Assembly (NCBI GenBank): GCA_018825985.1
Contig: JAHKAP010000052.1
Span: forward strand, 6,373 to 70,372
DNA length: 64,000 bases
Source: Candidatus Omnitrophota bacterium
GTDB lineage: Bacteria; Omnitrophota; Gorgyraeia; Gygaellales; Profunditerraquicolaceae
Direction of reading: 5' to 3'
Part shown: positions 60,139-64,000 of the stretch, piece by piece
How the letters are laid out: each line of letters starts with the position of its first letter
How positions within the stretch are numbered: the first letter of the stretch is position 1
Program-made: the position numbers and the translations under genes
The notes under the pieces: model-generated
Seen by the model: the letters and a program-made list of their open reading frames with translations, nothing else
Database searches by the model: none
What the model was told of the DNA's origin: nothing

Positions 60139-62187
60139 ATGAAAAAAGAAAAAGGCGTAGCTTTGATAATTGTCATTTTCGGAATCATGCTCTTGGCTGT
60201 ATTAGGCTGGACCTTAGTTTCTTTACAGTCGGGCGATTTTGATTTTAATCTGCGTAATCTAGAATCTGAAAGGGCTTTATTCCTGGCTGAGGCCGGGATA
60301 CATGAAGCAATGGTACTTTTAAAAAACTCAGATGCCTCATTTGATAATGATGCGGATATAATAACCCGGACTTTGAATTACGGGCAATATAGGCTTACCC
60401 GTTCCACAGTAGGTTCTGCTACTGAGGTCATTGCAACCGGATGTATTCCTACGGTCGCCAACCCCAGGGCAACCAGGGTAGTTAAGGTCGCAGTAGCCGC
60501 GGCTGTTTGGAGTAACGCGGTAGGCGGAGCGAATATTTTTGATTGGTCAGAAATGACTACGGGTTGGTTATTCAGTTCGCGGATAAGGGGTAATGTTACC
60601 GCCAAATATTTTGAAGGCGACGGAGATCCTGCTTATAACGAGCTGGGGGTTGATTACGATGTACCTCCTAATGCCTTGCCTCCGCCGAATTCAGGTTATG
60701 ACCGGACAGTCGGGACCATTACTATGCCTGAGATCGATATGGATTATTATAAGAATAAAGCGATAGGCTCAAACCATTATATTTATTCCCCTTATATCTA
60801 TCTGGCCAGCGCTGACAAAGGATTAACCGCTTTGAATAATAATATAACTAATCCTACTTCTGTAGGGTCTCTTAATACCGCCGGCAGGGTTTACGATATC
60901 CAGGGGTTTGTTGTCTACGGAGGGAATTATTATACCTGTTTAGTGGATACTCAGAGCGGCCGGGAATTTAAAATGATCCGGATCAATGATCCGCCTACCA
61001 GCCCCACTGTAGCGGATTATTGCAATATCGGAAATACCCCTTACGGAGTATTTGCCCAATTAAATAATAATTATGCTCCTACCTATGCTTTTGTTGCTGC
61101 CGGGCCTGATGGTTTTCAGGTTGTAGATATATCGAATCCCGCCAACCCTTCTTTAGTAAGAACATTAAGTTTAGGAGGGGGGATTGCTTATGGGGTTTAT
61201 GCCCGGGCTATTTATGCTTTTGTTGCCTGCGGCTCTGCCGGCCTAAAGATAATCAATATCTCTAATCCGGGGAACCCGAGTTTATTATGGACTTATAATA
61301 CCTCCGGGACTAGCCGGGGGGTATATGTCCGGGGTAGATTTGCTTATGTTGCAGATGGAGACCAAGGTTTAAACATAGTCAATATCTCCATAGCTCCTTT
61401 ATTTTTTTCTCCTTCTTCCAGGGCAACCGTGGCTACCGGTGGGACGTGTTATAATGTTTATCTTAGGGGTAATTATGCTTATGTTGCCTGCGGCACAGCC
61501 GGTTTAAAAGTAATTGACATCTCAAATATTAATAATGATTTTTTTACCCCTACGGTAGTTGCTACTTATGCCACTAGTCCCGATGACGCTACTGATGTGC
61601 AGATATCCGGTGATTACGCCTATGTATCTTGCAGTACCAGCGGCAACAAAGGCAAGGTCAAGATCGTAAATATCATTGATCCTACGGCGCCTGCTCTATC
61701 AGGAGAATATATTGATACTGCGAGCAATAGCAACGGCCTGGCGGTTTATCTGCGAGGAGATAGGTATTTTGACGGGAATTGGAATAACGAAAAGATCTGG
61801 TATACTACTGGAAATTTTATGATCGGCGGTGGAAATTTTCAAAAAACTTCTTTTGTTTCTGAAGGCGATACCGAGCTCCCTGGTTTATCCGGCATAGTAA
61901 TGAGGGCTCATGTATTGGCTAGCGCGAACGAGAACTTTCCCAATTTGGCCACTAAGAATGGAAGTATAGTCTCCGAAGGCATACTGGGCATTACAAAGGA
62001 TTTTGACGGCCTGGTGTTTACCGAAAAAGGCAGTATTATTTTTAACGGGATCAGTGGTTGCGCGGCAATTGGCTACAATGTATTTTTAAGCGATATCTGC
62101 GATATTACATATAGCGGTAAATATGTAGGTTCTCCTCCGGATGGAATCGTCGCGGGGGTAGGTATCAGCGAGTGGAGAGAGGAATAA
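60139..62187 (+). CDS. PilX/GspK-like minor pilin carrying LVIVD-type repeats
   Basis: KG|VALIIV, ALFLAEAG, repeated G.YAYVA.G..GL.IIDISNP..P, C-terminal WRE. Confidence 0.8.
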   Translation: MKKEKGVALIIVIFGIMLLAVLGWTLVSLQSGDFDFNLRNLESERALFLAEAGIHEAMVLLKNSDASFDNDADIITRTLNYGQYRLTRSTVGSATEVIATGCIPTVANPRATRVVKVAVAAAVWSNAVGGANIFDWSEMTTGWLFSSRIRGNVTAKYFEGDGDPAYNELGVDYDVPPNALPPPNSGYDRTVGTITMPEIDMDYYKNKAIGSNHYIYSPYIYLASADKGLTALNNNITNPTSVGSLNTAGRVYDIQGFVVYGGNYYTCLVDTQSGREFKMIRINDPPTSPTVADYCNIGNTPYGVFAQLNNNYAPTYAFVAAGPDGFQVVDISNPANPSLVRTLSLGGGIAYGVYARAIYAFVACGSAGLKIINISNPGNPSLLWTYNTSGTSRGVYVRGRFAYVADGDQGLNIVNISIAPLFFSPSSRATVATGGTCYNVYLRGNYAYVACGTAGLKVIDISNINNDFFTPTVVATYATSPDDATDVQISGDYAYVSCSTSGNKGKVKIVNIIDPTAPALSGEYIDTASNSNGLAVYLRGDRYFDGNWNNEKIWYTTGNFMIGGGNFQKTSFVSEGDTELPGLSGIVMRAHVLASANENFPNLATKNGSIVSEGILGITKDFDGLVFTEKGSIIFNGISGCAAIGYNVFLSDICDITYSGKYVGSPPDGIVAGVGISEWREE

Positions 62188-62200
62188 AAAGGAGGCGGCT

Positions 62201-62482
62201 ATGATTAAAAGGGTATTTTTCATCAGTATGTTGATAATTTTTATAGGTTTATTTTTCTGTTGGGAGATAAGGGCTCAAAGGTCGGCGGATCCAAACGAGA
62301 TAATGGCCAGCCTCTCTGAGAGGTTTAATCAGATGGAGGCGAAGATGGATAAATTCAGCGCATCCCTGGATAAAGCCGGCAACCGGGATGTATTAATTAA
62401 ATTAGATCAGGTCCTGGCTAACCAGCAGAAGATCTTAGGCGAATTGGAGATAGTGAAGGTCAGGGCTTCCCAGAAAAGATAA
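62201..62482 (+). CDS. Small exported coiled-coil hypothetical protein
   Basis: AGGAGG SD, signal-like N-terminus. Confidence 0.65.
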   Translation: MIKRVFFISMLIIFIGLFFCWEIRAQRSADPNEIMASLSERFNQMEAKMDKFSASLDKAGNRDVLIKLDQVLANQQKILGELEIVKVRASQKR

Positions 62483-62490
62483 ATAAGTAA

Positions 62491-62548
62491 TGGGGTCAGA
62501 ATTATTTTTTCTTTAGTTTTCGTGGTTGAAAAAATAATTCTGACCCCA
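62491..62548. repeat. Long palindrome (GGGGTCAGAATTA family) copy 2
   Basis: 21-bp inverted arms sharing GGGGTCAGAATTATTTTTT with 56152-56170. Confidence 0.85.
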
Positions 62549-62595
62549 ACTCAATTGTCTTGACATAATAACTTAAAGGCAATACAATTTAAAAG

Positions 62596-64000
62596 ATGGA
62601 CAACCCCTTTAAAACAAAGAAAATAAAAAATTCTCAACCTCTTAGCATTAAAAGAGTTAAGCTTTCTCTGAATAATTCGTTTTCTTTGCTTAAAAACATC
62701 GTTGTTTCTACCCAGAATATCATGGGTATAGACATCGGCTCTAATTATATAAAAATAGCCCAGCTTCAAAAAAGCGGCAAGAGTTATATTATAACTAATT
62801 ATGTTGCCAGGGCTATACCCTTGGAGGCCAGGGATAATATTTCGGAAAAGAAAAGGCTGGTCAGGGAATTTGTAAAAGAATTTCTTTCATCCTCCAGGGT
62901 TAAGACCACGCTTTTAAGGTCGACTATTTTTGGCAAGGGCATCTTCATTTTTTCCCTCAGTGTTCCTTACATGAATAAAAAAGACCTTAAGGGAGCGGTG
63001 AACATTGAGCTAAAAAAACGCCTTCCTTTTCAGCTGGATATAAATAACGTATCCTTTGACTACTTTATTACCGACCAGATCCACGACGATAAAGGTTTAA
63101 GTTATCAAATAACTTGTATCGCTGCGGAGAAATCCGCGATAGACGAACAGCTTTATTTTTTAAAAGAAATGAATATCCGGCCCGTGGGTATAAATGTAAT
63201 TCCGGATATCTTAGGCAATATTCTTCCTCTTTGCCTTAATTATCCCGCGGATAAGCCGGTCCCGGTGTTGGAGTTGGGAGCTAATGTATCTTCGCTCAAT
63301 TTTTATAAAGGAAAGAATTTGATTTTCTCCCGGGAGATCCCTATCGCAGGAGAACATCTTACCCGGGCGATGGCCAAGACAATAAATACCGCGAATGGCC
63401 CAATAAATATTTCTATCGAAGACGCCGAGAAGATCAAGCGGACTTGCGGCGTTCCTTTAGATGATGAAGCTAAAAATGAATTCCTGACTGATTTTGGAGT
63501 TATTTTGGGAGAGCAGATCTCCACAATGCTGCGGCCGACTTTAGAACGCCTGATCCTGGAGATAAACCGGACCATTAGCTACTATGTAAAGACGTTCAGA
63601 GGCGTTGCCATCGATGAGTTGTATATAACCGGAGGCAGCTCGCGGTTGAATAATATGGATAAATTCCTGTTATATAACCTTGAGGGAGTAAAAAAGGTCG
63701 AGCATTTAAACGTGCTAAAAGCAGTCAAGGGCTGGGCTGATCCGGGAGTGTTAAGGCAGGAGCTGGTCATAGAGCAAGCTGCTCCGCATTTAAGTGTAGT
63801 TTTTGGCCTTTGTTTTGGTAAGGGCGGCCGGATTAACCTTCTGCCGGCTAAGGAGAAATTGGAACAGAAGACGATTTTTCTAGCTAACATTATACGCATA
63901 TCTTTTCCTATAGTCCTAATTTTAAGCCTGGTTTTCTACGCGATTATTTACGGCAATTCTTTAAAATACAAAGTTTTAAACAGCAAGTTAGACTTGGGGA
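62596..64000 (+). CDS. pilM: PilM-like actin-fold pilus assembly protein with fused PilN-like segment (3' partial, not in ORF track)
   Basis: MGIDIGSNYIK, LELGA, ITGGSS, then INLLP + TM; TTGACA-17-TACAAT 7 nt before the ATG. Confidence 0.85.
   Translation, partial: MDNPFKTKKIKNSQPLSIKRVKLSLNNSFSLLKNIVVSTQNIMGIDIGSNYIKIAQLQKSGKSYIITNYVARAIPLEARDNISEKKRLVREFVKEFLSSSRVKTTLLRSTIFGKGIFIFSLSVPYMNKKDLKGAVNIELKKRLPFQLDINNVSFDYFITDQIHDDKGLSYQITCIAAEKSAIDEQLYFLKEMNIRPVGINVIPDILGNILPLCLNYPADKPVPVLELGANVSSLNFYKGKNLIFSREIPIAGEHLTRAMAKTINTANGPINISIEDAEKIKRTCGVPLDDEAKNEFLTDFGVILGEQISTMLRPTLERLILEINRTISYYVKTFRGVAIDELYITGGSSRLNNMDKFLLYNLEGVKKVEHLNVLKAVKGWADPGVLRQELVIEQAAPHLSVVFGLCFGKGGRINLLPAKEKLEQKTIFLANIIRISFPIVLILSLVFYAIIYGNSLKYKVLNSKLDLG

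Overview
A gene-dense, AT-rich (about 40% GC by eye) chromosomal window from an anaerobic diderm bacterium; protein style suggests Ca. Omnitrophota or a relative, but this is inference only. Almost all genes are on the + strand. Blocks: (1) an oxidative-stress/copper cluster (FprA end, rubredoxin, SOR, ferritin-like, Grx/TrxB, lgt, copA); (2) DUF39-NifU-NIL/ferredoxin homocysteine genes, birA, nadA and housekeeping genes; (3) a c-di-GMP-I aptamer with a 62-nt insertion, then a GH1 and cNMP-MinD-patatin operon; (4) a 24-kb nitrogen/glutamine region (nfnAB, gdhA, alternative sigma factor, porin-amtB-glnK, GS III, Fis-like HTH, gltBD, PPDK-like protein, pyrG, carA, split carB); (5) an L27 paralog, an SBP-kinase-receiver module, lpxB/gnnA and a type IV pilin/PilM locus. 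Best candidate for a new system: a nitrogen regulon apparently wired without sigma54/NtrBC in this window. A small alternative sigma factor is followed by three exact GGTTACC-N14-TTTACTTGTA motifs upstream of the amtB, GS and GOGAT units. Layered on this are ANTAR-type hexaloop/terminator attenuators in six leaders (including the sigma gene's own) and TGCCT-N7-AGGCA boxes that may be read by a stand-alone NtrC/Fis-type HTH protein. Also notable: an 84-bp in-frame palindromic element at the prepilin cleavage site of two pilin genes. No tRNA, rRNA, CRISPR array or transposase was seen.
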